In this document: positions 39,049 to 48,872 of the stretch, one piece after another
Numbering within the stretch: the stretch's first letter is position 1
Layout of the letters: each line of letters begins with the position of its first letter
Source: Polyangiaceae bacterium
GTDB taxonomy: Bacteria > Myxococcota_A > Polyangia > Polyangiales > Polyangiaceae
DNA length: 64,000 bases
Direction of reading: 5' to 3'
Assembly (NCBI GenBank): GCA_965222375.1
Contig: CBDCTZ010000016.1
Span: 2,496,001-2,560,000 of the forward strand
The notes under the pieces: generated by a model
What the model was told of the DNA's origin: nothing
The model's input: the letters and a program-made list of their open reading frames with translations, nothing else
The model's database searches: none
Position numbers and translations under genes: made by a program

Positions 39049-40956
39049 TCAGATTTGGCAGCGTCGGCGGATTCTCGCGAGGTCCGTCTTCGACGAAGCC
39101 TGCATATGAAACACCCCGTCTTTGTCGATCCTATGCATGAGGTGCTCGTCGCGGGAGGGGCGGGCCTTGTTCTTGCGGATGTGTCGATCGAGCGCCTCGG
39201 CATCGCTGTCGGTGACGAGGGTGCAGTAGAGATCCACCGAACAGAGGTTCTTGCATGACATGAGGGAGTTCACCGAGCGAACCGCGGTGTCGCTCAACAT
39301 GATGTGCTGAAGCGTTTTGTGGCCGCTGAGTGATTGGATGCTGGTGATCGGCGTGCTGTCGAGACAGACTTGGATGACGGGGACTTTGGCGAGAGGTGAT
39401 ATACCGCGCACGGCGGATCCCTCGATGCTGACCGATCGGAGGAGCTTCATATTTGCGACCGGCTCGATCGAGCGAAGCTTCTTGAGATTGGACCAATCGA
39501 GCTTGAGCTCCCGGACCGCGCGAAACTGGGACAGGAACTCCAGGTCTGTGATCGTGAACTTCCGAAGGACGACGTGTCGAGCGAAGATCGCGTGGGGGTC
39601 CTTCATAAACTCCCGCAGCTGCTTGACCTGGCCTTTGGACTGGAGTCTGAAGTTATGCAGGTTGTCGAGAAGCCCGTAGCGAAACCCAAAGTAGCGGGAG
39701 TCTTCTTGCGTGAAGTGGACCATGTGTTCTGCGAGCCCGCGGTACCGTGGCCGAAAGTAGCCATCGACGTACTGTTGGAAGAGCTCTAGCGCGCGCTTCT
39801 TGTGCATCTCTTGTTGCGGTGGCTCTTTTTCGGCCTTGAGGTCGGCATGGACGAGCTCGGCCAGCGGATGCCCTTGCTTCTTGAGCCAATCGCCCCACTG
39901 CTTGACATGCTTGCGCTCCCACCCACTTAGTAGCTTTTCGTGCTGAGCATTGCGGGGGAGAGGAACATAGGCTTCCGCCGGCGGCAAAGACGGCACCTTT
40001 GTCTTGCTCGCACCTTCGCGTGATCCCGTAGGCTTTGCGGCACCGGTCTTTTTCGCCTTCTTTTTCTCGAGCCGACGCTTGGCTTTGGGCTCTTTGCGTT
40101 TCCCTTGGAGATGGCCCCGCAGGTGGTAGTCGAGAAAATCCTCGAAGCTCTCAGCTAGCCAATCATGTGCGCCACCACTATCCACCGAGACCAAGATGAT
40201 CTGTCCCTTCGTGCCACCCTTGTCCGGGTCGAGGTCGATACAAAGGTGGTCGCGATTTCGCGCGCTCGTACCGATCACGATCCACGACGCAGAAAACTCG
40301 ACCGGTTTGATTCGCGCGTCGACTTTGTGGGCCTGCTCGACTTCGTCGTCGCCCAGCATCCCGAGCAGCCACTTCGATTTCTGGGGGAGGTCCTGGACTT
40401 GATGCAACTCGCCCCAGACGACGTCGGCGGGGGTTCCGTTGTGGATACTCAGATAGGCCTTGAAGTCTGCTGGCAACGCGTGACCTAGCGTCTTTTCCGC
40501 TTTCTTGATCGCCGCTTCGGACGCGGGCTTCTTTTCTTTCCAGCACTCAACTTCGTCCGGAAACTCCTCCGGTGGGTTCTTGGTCAACCACTCCGTGATC
40601 TCTTGGACGCGCGCAGCGATTCGGCCCTTGATGCCGCTTCCTCGGCTCGCCTTGTTCGCAGCACCCTTGGCGCTTTTGGTCGCCGCTGTGCCCTTCTTCG
40701 CTTTGGATACAGCTTTACCGGAGCTTGACTTGGTCGCCATCGACTTGCCAGCGTTGATGTAGCCCTTCTTCCGCTTTGAATTAGCGAGCTTCTCCGAGGC
40801 CGCTTTCGCCTGAGATGGACCTGCAAAGCTCTTCGTCGTCTCACGGCCCTCGGTTCCAATGCGGCCGTACCGCACGACTTGCTTCGCGCCCTCGACAGAT
40901 ACCTGCCAAAACTTGGCGCTGGTACCTTTGCGAAACTCGAGTTTGATGGGATTCAT
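39049..40956 (-). CDS. WGR + SMI1/KNR4 + leucine-rich-repeat protein
   Basis: SAKFWQV...RYGRIGTEG...KRKKGY (WGR); PASEAAIKKAEKTLGHALPADFKAYLSIHNG...CIDLDP (SMI1/KNR4); C-terminal LRRs. Confidence 0.85.
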   Translation of the reverse strand: MNPIKLEFRKGTSAKFWQVSVEGAKQVVRYGRIGTEGRETTKSFAGPSQAKAASEKLANSKRKKGYINAGKSMATKSSSGKAVSKAKKGTAATKSAKGAANKASRGSGIKGRIAARVQEITEWLTKNPPEEFPDEVECWKEKKPASEAAIKKAEKTLGHALPADFKAYLSIHNGTPADVVWGELHQVQDLPQKSKWLLGMLGDDEVEQAHKVDARIKPVEFSASWIVIGTSARNRDHLCIDLDPDKGGTKGQIILVSVDSGGAHDWLAESFEDFLDYHLRGHLQGKRKEPKAKRRLEKKKAKKTGAAKPTGSREGASKTKVPSLPPAEAYVPLPRNAQHEKLLSGWERKHVKQWGDWLKKQGHPLAELVHADLKAEKEPPQQEMHKKRALELFQQYVDGYFRPRYRGLAEHMVHFTQEDSRYFGFRYGLLDNLHNFRLQSKGQVKQLREFMKDPHAIFARHVVLRKFTITDLEFLSQFRAVRELKLDWSNLKKLRSIEPVANMKLLRSVSIEGSAVRGISPLAKVPVIQVCLDSTPITSIQSLSGHKTLQHIMLSDTAVRSVNSLMSCKNLCSVDLYCTLVTDSDAEALDRHIRKNKARPSRDEHLMHRIDKDGVFHMQASSKTDLARIRRRCQI

Positions 40957-41027
40957 TCCCAACCGACCGCCAGTACAATGACCGCAAATGGGATTCGCGT
41001 TTCCATGATAAACTCCTTTGTTGCCGC

Positions 41028-42998
41028 CTAGCGTGCCGGCTGATTTCCAACCGCCCCAAAGCTATTGAGAGTTGTGGCTAGATCATCAACACTCAGGACG
41101 CCGTCTCCGTTAGTGTCGCAGCGTGGGTCGAAGTTGAGATCGGCACCAACAAAGTGCGAGCGCCCTGGGGTTGGCTCTTCGGTGATCTGGTTAATGATAC
41201 CGAGCCAGCGGGCGCAGCGCAGAACGTCCAAACCGTCCACCTGGGCATCGAAGTTGAGATCCCCCTGAACCGTCGAGTACGAATCGATCACCGCGTCGTG
41301 GCGCGGGTTCGGCGCCACGCTGATCACCGGGAAAGCGGTGTTGATGTCTATCGTAGTGGTGCCGGCGGCGGTGGTCTGCACCAGCTTTCGTGCCAAGCTC
41401 GCGCCCTCGCCGCGAAGCTTCAGTTCCAGCCAAAGCGGCGCGTCACCAGGCGAGGTGAGCCGAACCGTCGTCTGCCAATTTTCGCCGTCTTCTGCTCGCC
41501 TCGACGGTTCGAACCCCAGGGTTACTTCGGGCCGCTGGCTGCCATACACCAGTGCCTTGAAGAGTCCTGTGAGGTCCCGCGTCGAGGAGGCGTCGAGCAA
41601 GTTGCGAAAGTCCTCGAGAACGCACTGCGTGGTGCAGGTTTCGGTGTAGGTCTTCAAGAGCTTGCGGAAAGCCTCGGCGCCGACCACAACGCGGATTTGA
41701 TCCAGTACCGCGGCCGGCTTGACATAGTCGCGTAGGGTTCCTTGAAAGTAGTTTCCACTGACGGGAAATGGGTAATAGATGGCGGTGTTGGGATGGTAGT
41801 ATTTCTCCAACACGCTGACTTCGCGATGCCGGTAGGCGAGGTACTCGTCAAAGTCGTGGTCCGGCGCGTGGGTCAACGCGCTGTAGTCATGTTGGGTTAG
41901 GGTCGCTAGGCCCTCGGTCAGGATCAGATTGACTCCGGTGTCGGCCGGAGTGACTGCCCCGCCCCACCACTGATGCGAAACCTCATGGGCTAGCGTTTCT
42001 TCGAAGAGCTCATCGCCCTCCGCCAAGAACTGTTCACTCAAGATGCTCAGATCGAGTGTGTTGAACCCAGACAGATGCTTCTTTGGAAGCGGGGCTACTC
42101 TAAAATGAGGCGAAGGTAGCGGGCCGGGACCATGCTTTTCAAAGAACGGGAGGATCTTGGGCAGCCACGCAGAAAACTTGTCGCCGGTGGCTTGCAGCTC
42201 TGGTGTTGAATAGACCGTGGTCTTCGGAACCACGTTGGGCACGACCGCCTCGGTGAACTTGCCCTTGTAGAAGAGGGCCAAGGGCACGAAGCCTGACTTT
42301 CGGGTCAGGTCGAAGTCGAAGGCGGTTTGGCTGCCGAGCGGCTTTGACCCGAGAGCCCTGCCCGCGGAAAGAACGTCCCATCCGTTCGGCACCGCGATAC
42401 GAAGACTGGCCTTCGCACCCCACATGTTGGTGGAGATTCCGGCGACCTCGATGCCCGGCAAACCGCTGTAGCCCATAGTGAAGGGAAGCTCGACGCTGCC
42501 ATTGGCGCACAAACCCTTGCATACTTGGGTGCCCGAGTACGACACGTCGAGGGAAACCGCTTGTCCCTCGGCCAGCGGTGGCGAGAAGGTGATGACGTGG
42601 TTCTGGGAGCCCCACTGACCCGGCGCCTGAGTCACCGTCAGCGGGGTCGCTGAATCGACCTTGAAGGTTAGGCCCTGGGCGAGCCCAAACTTGATCGAGG
42701 TAACAACTTGCCGTGCTGTCCCGGAGAGCTTCGTCGTTCCTGACAGTTGCCCCGTCTGCGGGTCGATGGTCAGCTCAAGGTCGAGGCTGCTCACGTCGAA
42801 GGAAAAACCATTCGGCGCCTTGGAGCTCAACGTCCGCTGCACGGGTCCGAAGATTTCCGGCGGTGTGCCGTGGCTCACGCTCACTCGGGAAATGTCCGCT
42901 GCGCAGCGCTTTTTCGTGTTGGCCGTCTCAGCGTGGGCCATACCAACCCAAGGTATGGTGCCGAGGGCGAGCAGCGCTGAAATGATGCGAGTGTTCAT
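41028..42998 (-). CDS. Secreted M1-family zinc aminopeptidase with C-terminal dockerin-like domain
   Basis: LAHEVSHQWWG...LTEGLAT (HExxH...E); signal peptide; GDLNFDAQVDGLD...DTNGDGVLSVDD duplicated Ca-binding loops. Confidence 0.88.
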   Translation of the reverse strand: MNTRIISALLALGTIPWVGMAHAETANTKKRCAADISRVSVSHGTPPEIFGPVQRTLSSKAPNGFSFDVSSLDLELTIDPQTGQLSGTTKLSGTARQVVTSIKFGLAQGLTFKVDSATPLTVTQAPGQWGSQNHVITFSPPLAEGQAVSLDVSYSGTQVCKGLCANGSVELPFTMGYSGLPGIEVAGISTNMWGAKASLRIAVPNGWDVLSAGRALGSKPLGSQTAFDFDLTRKSGFVPLALFYKGKFTEAVVPNVVPKTTVYSTPELQATGDKFSAWLPKILPFFEKHGPGPLPSPHFRVAPLPKKHLSGFNTLDLSILSEQFLAEGDELFEETLAHEVSHQWWGGAVTPADTGVNLILTEGLATLTQHDYSALTHAPDHDFDEYLAYRHREVSVLEKYYHPNTAIYYPFPVSGNYFQGTLRDYVKPAAVLDQIRVVVGAEAFRKLLKTYTETCTTQCVLEDFRNLLDASSTRDLTGLFKALVYGSQRPEVTLGFEPSRRAEDGENWQTTVRLTSPGDAPLWLELKLRGEGASLARKLVQTTAAGTTTIDINTAFPVISVAPNPRHDAVIDSYSTVQGDLNFDAQVDGLDVLRCARWLGIINQITEEPTPGRSHFVGADLNFDPRCDTNGDGVLSVDDLATTLNSFGAVGNQPAR

Positions 42999-43510
42999 CA
43001 CTTCCTCTCCAAGCCAACCCACGCGATGTCGCTAACAAGGACGCCGCTTTCACGTTGTAGGGCGCTCCGTGCAGGCACGAACTTCAGGTATTCCAGTCCT
43101 CGGTCGGTGGTCTTGGTGAAGGACACGCGCGCCAAAGTCGTCACGCTCTTTTCGAGGGCTGAAGCTTCGCCGCTTCGAGTCACGACGCCGGCAATAGTGC
43201 CCGGATCAACTGCCGCGGCTTTGACGATCGCCGCTCCCCAGGCCGAACTGGCTCGCACCTCGTTCAGGACCAGGGCCGCCGGCGGAAACGAAAGTCGAAA
43301 CGCCATACCGTAAACGTCGTCGGCTTCGTGGCGAACAAGATCGACAGTGATAGTCTGAGCGGTTTCTTCGACCATGGACAGCTGGACGCGTGGACCAGCA
43401 ACCGCGCGCTCCGGTTGCAGGATTGGCGGTTTGGTGTTGGTGTCCGGCTCGCTTGAACAAGCCGGCGCCGCCAGCGCCGCCAGTAGTCCCAATCCTCGTT
43501 TCCAGTTCAT
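42998..43510 (-). CDS. Cohesin-domain lipoprotein
   Basis: Lipobox APAC; ITVDL...VYGMAFRLSFPPAAL...GTIAGVVTRSG...TLARVSF cohesin-like pattern; stop overlaps the peptidase start (TGATG). Confidence 0.7.
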   Translation of the reverse strand: MNWKRGLGLLAALAAPACSSEPDTNTKPPILQPERAVAGPRVQLSMVEETAQTITVDLVRHEADDVYGMAFRLSFPPAALVLNEVRASSAWGAAIVKAAAVDPGTIAGVVTRSGEASALEKSVTTLARVSFTKTTDRGLEYLKFVPARSALQRESGVLVSDIAWVGLERK

Positions 43511-43553
43511 TGAGTTGCTCGCTCCGGTTTCAATCGCCGTGAAGCTGATAACC

Positions 43554-43569
43554 TGCACGAGGCATGCCA
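43554..43569 (-). promoter_or_regulatory. Sigma54 promoter for the cohesin-peptidase operon
   Basis: Minus strand TGGCATGCCTCGTGCA = GG-N10-GC, about 45 nt before the ATG. Confidence 0.7.
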
Positions 43570-43654
43570 GTGTGAGACAAAGTAGGTAGCAGGGTTTTCT
43601 TGCAGAAGATGAGTACGAAGCGCCGCAGCTGCGGCCTTCATCAACGGCGCCGTG

Positions 43655-43682
43655 GGTCATCCCGGGTGACCGGCCAAGTCAT
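43655..43682. promoter_or_regulatory. Putative enhancer (UAS): GTCA-N7-TGAC-N7-GTCA
   Basis: ggtcatcccgggtgaccggccaagtcat, roughly midway between two divergent sigma54 promoters. Confidence 0.6.
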
Positions 43683-43756
43683 CACCAGACTCCCGCGGCG
43701 ATCGGACTCGTTGGCAGAGGACGGTGATAGCGGACAGAATTGGTGGCGGCGTCAAT

Positions 43757-43772
43757 TGGCCCCTATCTTGCG
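43757..43772 (+). promoter_or_regulatory. Sigma54 promoter for the first beta-helix gene
   Basis: TGGCCCCTATCTTGCG = GG-N10-GC, 19 nt before ATG 43791. Confidence 0.7.
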
Positions 43773-43790
43773 TACCTGGGAGCCAAACGC

Positions 43791-45245
43791 ATGCCAGGCA
43801 CTACCGACCACTTCTCTTCGCCTCTACCATTGTCAAGAGTTGCTACTTTCAAGAACACCAGCAGATCAATTGCGTTGCTCGTTGGTGGAGTGCTTTGCGC
43901 TTGCACTGGCGTTGTTAGCGGTGACTTCCGAGCGAGCAGCCGAGATGGCTCTGACTTTGTCGATGGCGGCAGTAGTACCGACGGCAGTAGTACCGACGGC
44001 AGTAGTACCGACGGTGGTAGCAATGATGCCAATACCAATACAGGGTGCTTGCCCGAGAACCCCAGGGTAACTGCTAATCCCTGTCCAGAAGGGCAGTACC
44101 AAGACCTGTCGGCCAGCCCACCGGTATGCCGCGATTTGCAATTGCCCGACATCGCATTTTCCTGCGATGAGCTCTCCGCCAATCTTCCATCGCGCAGCGA
44201 ATCACCTTCTTGCAGCGAGAGCGAGATCAAGTCCGCTCTACAGCGCTTGGAAAATCCCAGCGCCGGCGAAACACAAGGTGGCACTCTCAACCTACCGGGT
44301 GATTGCACGATTACCCTGGACGGTAAGTTCGTCGTCCGAGGCGACAACATTGTCGTGCAAGGAAACGGCCCGAAGAGCACAGTTTTTGAGGCGTCCAGTG
44401 GGCACGTTGTAGAAATTGACGGCGGCCGCAACGTGGTACTCCGAGATTTCGCCGCTCAAGGCACTAGAGCTGTAAAATCTAACGACAACCCGGACAATCT
44501 ACCCTCGCCCGTGATCGTCAAACCCGGTTCTACCAATGTATTGATTGAGCGCCTGGAGCTACGGGACGGCAAAACAGGTATTTATTTCTACAGCGCCTCC
44601 CAAGTTACGGTTCGCTACGTCGATAGCGGCTATCACTACTTCCACGGCGTTAGCACCAAGGAGTGCTACAGCCAAACCTGCTACGGGCCGATTACCAAGA
44701 ACTACTCGATCTATTCCAACGAAACCCATCACAGTGCCATCAATGAGCACGGCATTGACAGTCACGCGAGCTATGGCGAAGTTGCCGGCAACTACATTCA
44801 CGACACTGGCAAAGGTGCCAAATTGCCAGAAACCCAGTGCGTTTGGTTTCACCACAACAAGATCGTCAACGCCAACGACTACGGCCTCAAGATTTATCCC
44901 ATTACGGAAAATCGCTCCGACATGGTCCCCAAGAACATCGCCATCTACGACAATGTCTTTGAAGGAATTGGTCACAGTCCCAGCGGCGACAACTACGCCA
45001 TCCAAATCGACGCCACCAATTATCAAGGCACCCCCTTCACGGTTTCCGGATACTGGCTACTTCGCAATAGCTTCAGCAATCTCGCTGTCAGCACCCCGAT
45101 TCTACTTCGCCACGGAGAGAACCAGTACAAAGACTTTCACCGCTGTGCCGGTGGACAAGAAACGTTCTCGCGATCTGGTTTCGATTTGACCGATGAGAGC
45201 GATTGCGACTCGATAGAGCCCGCGACCTTCCTATGTAGTCTTTAG
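43791..45245 (+). CDS. Secreted right-handed beta-helix (pectin lyase fold) protein
   Basis: GGTLNLP...IVVQGNGPKSTVF, repeated NV-I/L-x-N strands, lipobox-like LCAC; (GSSTD)3 from a 15-bp repeat at 43968-44012. Confidence 0.8.
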   Translation: MPGTTDHFSSPLPLSRVATFKNTSRSIALLVGGVLCACTGVVSGDFRASSRDGSDFVDGGSSTDGSSTDGSSTDGGSNDANTNTGCLPENPRVTANPCPEGQYQDLSASPPVCRDLQLPDIAFSCDELSANLPSRSESPSCSESEIKSALQRLENPSAGETQGGTLNLPGDCTITLDGKFVVRGDNIVVQGNGPKSTVFEASSGHVVEIDGGRNVVLRDFAAQGTRAVKSNDNPDNLPSPVIVKPGSTNVLIERLELRDGKTGIYFYSASQVTVRYVDSGYHYFHGVSTKECYSQTCYGPITKNYSIYSNETHHSAINEHGIDSHASYGEVAGNYIHDTGKGAKLPETQCVWFHHNKIVNANDYGLKIYPITENRSDMVPKNIAIYDNVFEGIGHSPSGDNYAIQIDATNYQGTPFTVSGYWLLRNSFSNLAVSTPILLRHGENQYKDFHRCAGGQETFSRSGFDLTDESDCDSIEPATFLCSL

Positions 45246-45498
45246 GCCGACTTGGTCGCATTCGCACACAGGGAACACAAAGGCTCTCTCGATTGACCTA
45301 CGTCGATTTGCTGGCCCCGCTGGGTCGTGTACGGCAGGATCGGGCTCGGCGGAAGGCGCGTGGGCGGGTGACCCGTGCACGAACGATGTGACGCGCCAGG
45401 GGCATCGTGCTGACTTCTTCGGCCTCCCCTTCATCGCACTCTCCCAGGACGGGAACATCCATGATTGCGTTCTCACCCATCAACTTTCTGTCCCAGCG

Positions 45499-45605
45499 GA
45501 GCGCTCGCCCTCGCCAGCCATCGTGGGGGACGAAGCTGAGCGATCCTGGGCCTCACGGGAAAACCCGAGAGCGCTCGCCCTCGCCAGCCATCGTGAGGGA
45601 AGAAG
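45499..45605 (+). repeat. Two 37-bp direct repeats separated by 33 bp
   Basis: gagcgctcgccctcgccagccatcgtg(g/a)ggga(c/a)gaag at 45499-45535 and 45569-45605. Confidence 0.85.
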
Positions 45606-45874
45606 ACCCTGACACAGGGCTCTGTTTCGTCTTCGTCGAAGAAACTGGTGAAGCGCGCTCGCCCTGGGACGGCGTCGCGAATACGGTGGCCTGACGGACG
45701 CGGCCATGCCGGGCGCTCGCGCACCCAACAGCGGGGCAAAGGACAGCAAGGACAAGCGGTGAAGGATGGTGAAGCAATCTGATCCCTTCCAGCGCTCTTC
45801 ACCGAATAGCCGCGGTTTGGGATGCCTGGTGGCGCTCAACGAGCCGGCGTGCAAAAGTCGAGGAATCCCCCAAC

Positions 45875-47425
45875 GTGGCCTTAACGAATGAACCGCTCGC
45901 GAACGAGCTGCCCGCGCAGCTGCCGAAACAGGTCGCTGACTACGACCTAATTTCACTACTGGGCGTCGGGGGCATGGCGACGGTAGCGCGAGCTATTCAT
46001 CGGCCAAGCAATGCCCCAGTCGCGTTGAAGCTCTTACATCCCCATCTCTATCTCGGGGACGAACGAATCGTCCGCGACTTCATTCGCGAGGCGCGAGTCG
46101 CGGCGCAGGTCTCGCACCCCAATGTTGTGCGTGTTCGCGATTTCGGATGGCGATCAGAAGGCGTTTATATCGTCTTGGACCTGGTTGAAGGCATGACTCT
46201 ATCGGAGCTCATTCGCGGCTGTCAGAGAAAGCCCGAAAAACTCAGCCCTGGCATCATCGCCCGCATCTTGGACGACATCCTAGGGGCACTGCACGCCGCC
46301 CACGAAGCGTGCGGCGAGGATGGCACGCTCCTTGAACTCGTGCACCGAGACGTATCCCCACAGAACATCCTAGTTGACCGCTCTGGAAGAGCCCTGTTGA
46401 CAGACTTCGGCATAGCCAAAACCCATGACAAAACCAGCGTCACCACCACCGGAATTGTCAAGGGCAAAGCGGGCTACCTCGCTCCGGAACAATTGCGCGG
46501 CCTGAGCGTGGACCGGCGCACAGACATCTGGGCCGCCGGAGTCGTAGCTTGGGAGATGCTGTGCCTAAGACGGCTCTTCCCGAGATCAGATATCGCGAAC
46601 GTCGCTCGAGCATTGGAAGGCGATGTGACTCCGCCAAGCAAGAGCGTCCCGGGACTCTCCCCAGCGGTAGACCGCGCCATCTTGCGTGCGCTTTCCGTGG
46701 ACGCCTCGGACAGATTTGAAAACGCCGAGCAGTTCCGGCGTGAAATCGTGGGCGCACTAATCGAGAATCACCCAGAGGCCAGCTGCAATAGCCTGGCCGA
46801 GGTGCTGCGCCAGGTTGGTCCAATTCCGGACAGATCGGGGCCGAACGTTGCCGTCGCGACCAAGGTTGAGCCCATCGTCCCTGCGCGGCGACGCGCAACG
46901 GCGAGCAAGCGGACGGCAGCGTCCTCGCAACGGATTGCGGGCAGCCCTCGGTCGAGGCGACTCTGGTTAGTACTCGCCGCTGCGCTCGCGAGCGGCGGTG
47001 CGCTCGCAACGGCGTGGGGCCTCAACTCAGCAAGCAGGCCCGCGAAACTCAAGCACGTCCCGCACTTGGCTATCGACGTGGGAACGACAGCTGCCCCAGA
47101 GCCAACCCGGAAAACTGAACTGAAGCGCATCTCGGTGGAAAGCGACGCTCCGCTGCGCGACCTTCAGGTGGGGACGCGGCGCATTCCGGTCGATGGCAAG
47201 AACAAGAGCTTTGAAATCGAGATCTCGGAGCAGGAAGCCGCTGTGGGAAGCATCCTGATTGCCCATTCCCAAAAAGGACAAGAAAGCAAAGTCCCGCTGA
47301 AGCCGGAGACGACGCGAGTCAAACTGCGGTTTTTGGGACAGCACCGTAGCGGGACAATCCCAACACGCACGAAAAAGCCGGAGTTGATCGGTTCGCCATC
47401 CTGGGCCAAGTCTCCAAAACCTTAA
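45875..47425 (+). CDS. Membrane Ser/Thr protein kinase
   Basis: LGVGGMATV, ALK, HRDVSPQN, DFGIAK, GKAGYLAPE; TM helix LWLVLAAALASGGALA. Confidence 0.93.
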   Translation: MALTNEPLANELPAQLPKQVADYDLISLLGVGGMATVARAIHRPSNAPVALKLLHPHLYLGDERIVRDFIREARVAAQVSHPNVVRVRDFGWRSEGVYIVLDLVEGMTLSELIRGCQRKPEKLSPGIIARILDDILGALHAAHEACGEDGTLLELVHRDVSPQNILVDRSGRALLTDFGIAKTHDKTSVTTTGIVKGKAGYLAPEQLRGLSVDRRTDIWAAGVVAWEMLCLRRLFPRSDIANVARALEGDVTPPSKSVPGLSPAVDRAILRALSVDASDRFENAEQFRREIVGALIENHPEASCNSLAEVLRQVGPIPDRSGPNVAVATKVEPIVPARRRATASKRTAASSQRIAGSPRSRRLWLVLAAALASGGALATAWGLNSASRPAKLKHVPHLAIDVGTTAAPEPTRKTELKRISVESDAPLRDLQVGTRRIPVDGKNKSFEIEISEQEAAVGSILIAHSQKGQESKVPLKPETTRVKLRFLGQHRSGTIPTRTKKPELIGSPSWAKSPKP

Positions 47426-47458
47426 GAACCGGAGCCGGATCGGGCGCAAAGAGGAAAG

Positions 47459-48826
47459 CTAGTCTTCCTCACCCTGGCGATACTTAGCTCGCAAGCGTTG
47501 GAAGTGGCGCTTCGCGACGCCGGACCCTGCTGCGGCTCGAGCGACGCCGCCATGCTGCCAAACAGCATGATCAAGATAGCGCGCCTCGAAAAGGCTGACC
47601 AAACGGTTGCGAGCCTCGGGGAGCGGGAGATCCATTGCGAGGATCTGACCAATAACGTCACCAGCCATCGCTGCTGGCGCCCGCGCGGGGCCGGACGAAG
47701 TCCAATCCACCTCAGCAAGCTCTCCGAGGGCCAAGCGACGCGCCACGGCATTACGCAGTTCTCGAACATTGCCTGGCCAGGCGTAAGACTCCCATCGGGC
47801 CAACAATTCCGGGCTTAGGTCCTCGGCTCGGCCTCCGGCAGCCTCCCAGAAGTGCTCCGCCAGTAGCGCGACGTCCCCGCGACGTTCCCGCAAGGGGGGT
47901 AGCTCAACGCGAGCCACAGCCAATCGATGAAAAAGATCGTCGCGAAACCTGCCCTGTGTGACTTCCTGATCAAGATCACGGCGCGTTGCGGCAAGCACTC
48001 GAACATCAACTCGAATGACTCGCTCGCCGCCAACTGTGGTGACTTCGGAACGTTCCAAAACCCGCAACAACTTGGGTTGTAAGTCCAGGGGCAAATCGCC
48101 AACTTCGTCGATCAACAGGGTGCCGCCATGAGCCCTTTCGAAGACGCCCCTGCGCCGAGACGTCGCGCCGGTGAAGGCCCCCTTTTCATGACCAAACAGC
48201 TCCGATTCGAACAGGTTGGGCGGTATCGCCGTGCAATCAAGTACGCAGAAAGGCTGCTCCGCCCGACGACTCCTTTCGTGAAGTGCCTCGGCTAGGCGTT
48301 CCTTGCCGGTCCCGGTCTCTCCCTCGATGACGACGGAGACATCGGATTCCGCGAGACGTTGACACAACGGAAACAAGCGCCGCATTGCCACGCTTTTTCC
48401 GACGATCGGCCCAAAGCCAACCAGCTCTGAGATGCTTCCATCGTCTCGAGTCTCCTTGGCTCTGCCAACGGAGAGCACCGTCGACCCAAGCTGCACACGC
48501 TCACCGCCATTCAGGATTGCGGAGCCAACGCGAACACCGTTGACTGTGGTTCCATTGGTGGAGTCCAGATCGACCAACCTGAGCCCGGCGCCGGTCACAT
48601 CCAGAGCCGCGTGGCGCCGCGAAACAAGGGGATCGTCGAGTCTAATCTGACAAGCCGGACTCTTGCCGAACAAGACCCGCTGTGGATCGTTGGGCCTTAT
48701 TTCGTAGCCAGTACCGACTGACTGCCCTTCTATGACTTCGACACGAAACGCAACGCCCTCGACGGGAGGCAGGCGCATCTTTGGATGCGCAGTTGTTTGA
48801 ACATCATCGAAGCCTTCCTCAGACAC
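47459..48826 (-). CDS. FHA-domain sigma54-dependent enhancer-binding protein
   Basis: FHA (GKSPAC...VSRRHA...DLDSTNGT), Walker A GETGTGKE, ESELFGHEKGAFTGA, WPGNVREL, C-terminal HTH. Confidence 0.95.
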   Translation of the reverse strand: MSEEGFDDVQTTAHPKMRLPPVEGVAFRVEVIEGQSVGTGYEIRPNDPQRVLFGKSPACQIRLDDPLVSRRHAALDVTGAGLRLVDLDSTNGTTVNGVRVGSAILNGGERVQLGSTVLSVGRAKETRDDGSISELVGFGPIVGKSVAMRRLFPLCQRLAESDVSVVIEGETGTGKERLAEALHERSRRAEQPFCVLDCTAIPPNLFESELFGHEKGAFTGATSRRRGVFERAHGGTLLIDEVGDLPLDLQPKLLRVLERSEVTTVGGERVIRVDVRVLAATRRDLDQEVTQGRFRDDLFHRLAVARVELPPLRERRGDVALLAEHFWEAAGGRAEDLSPELLARWESYAWPGNVRELRNAVARRLALGELAEVDWTSSGPARAPAAMAGDVIGQILAMDLPLPEARNRLVSLFEARYLDHAVWQHGGVARAAAGSGVAKRHFQRLRAKYRQGEED

Positions 48827-48872
48827 AGCTCACCAGTTTAACACTCATCTTGTCGGATCCCAGCAGGCCCCC

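Noticed and set aside
45830..45845. GG-N10-GC upstream of the island kinase
   Set aside because: Poor -12 element (GAGC) and no TGAC-N7-GTCA site nearby; could be chance in GC-rich DNA
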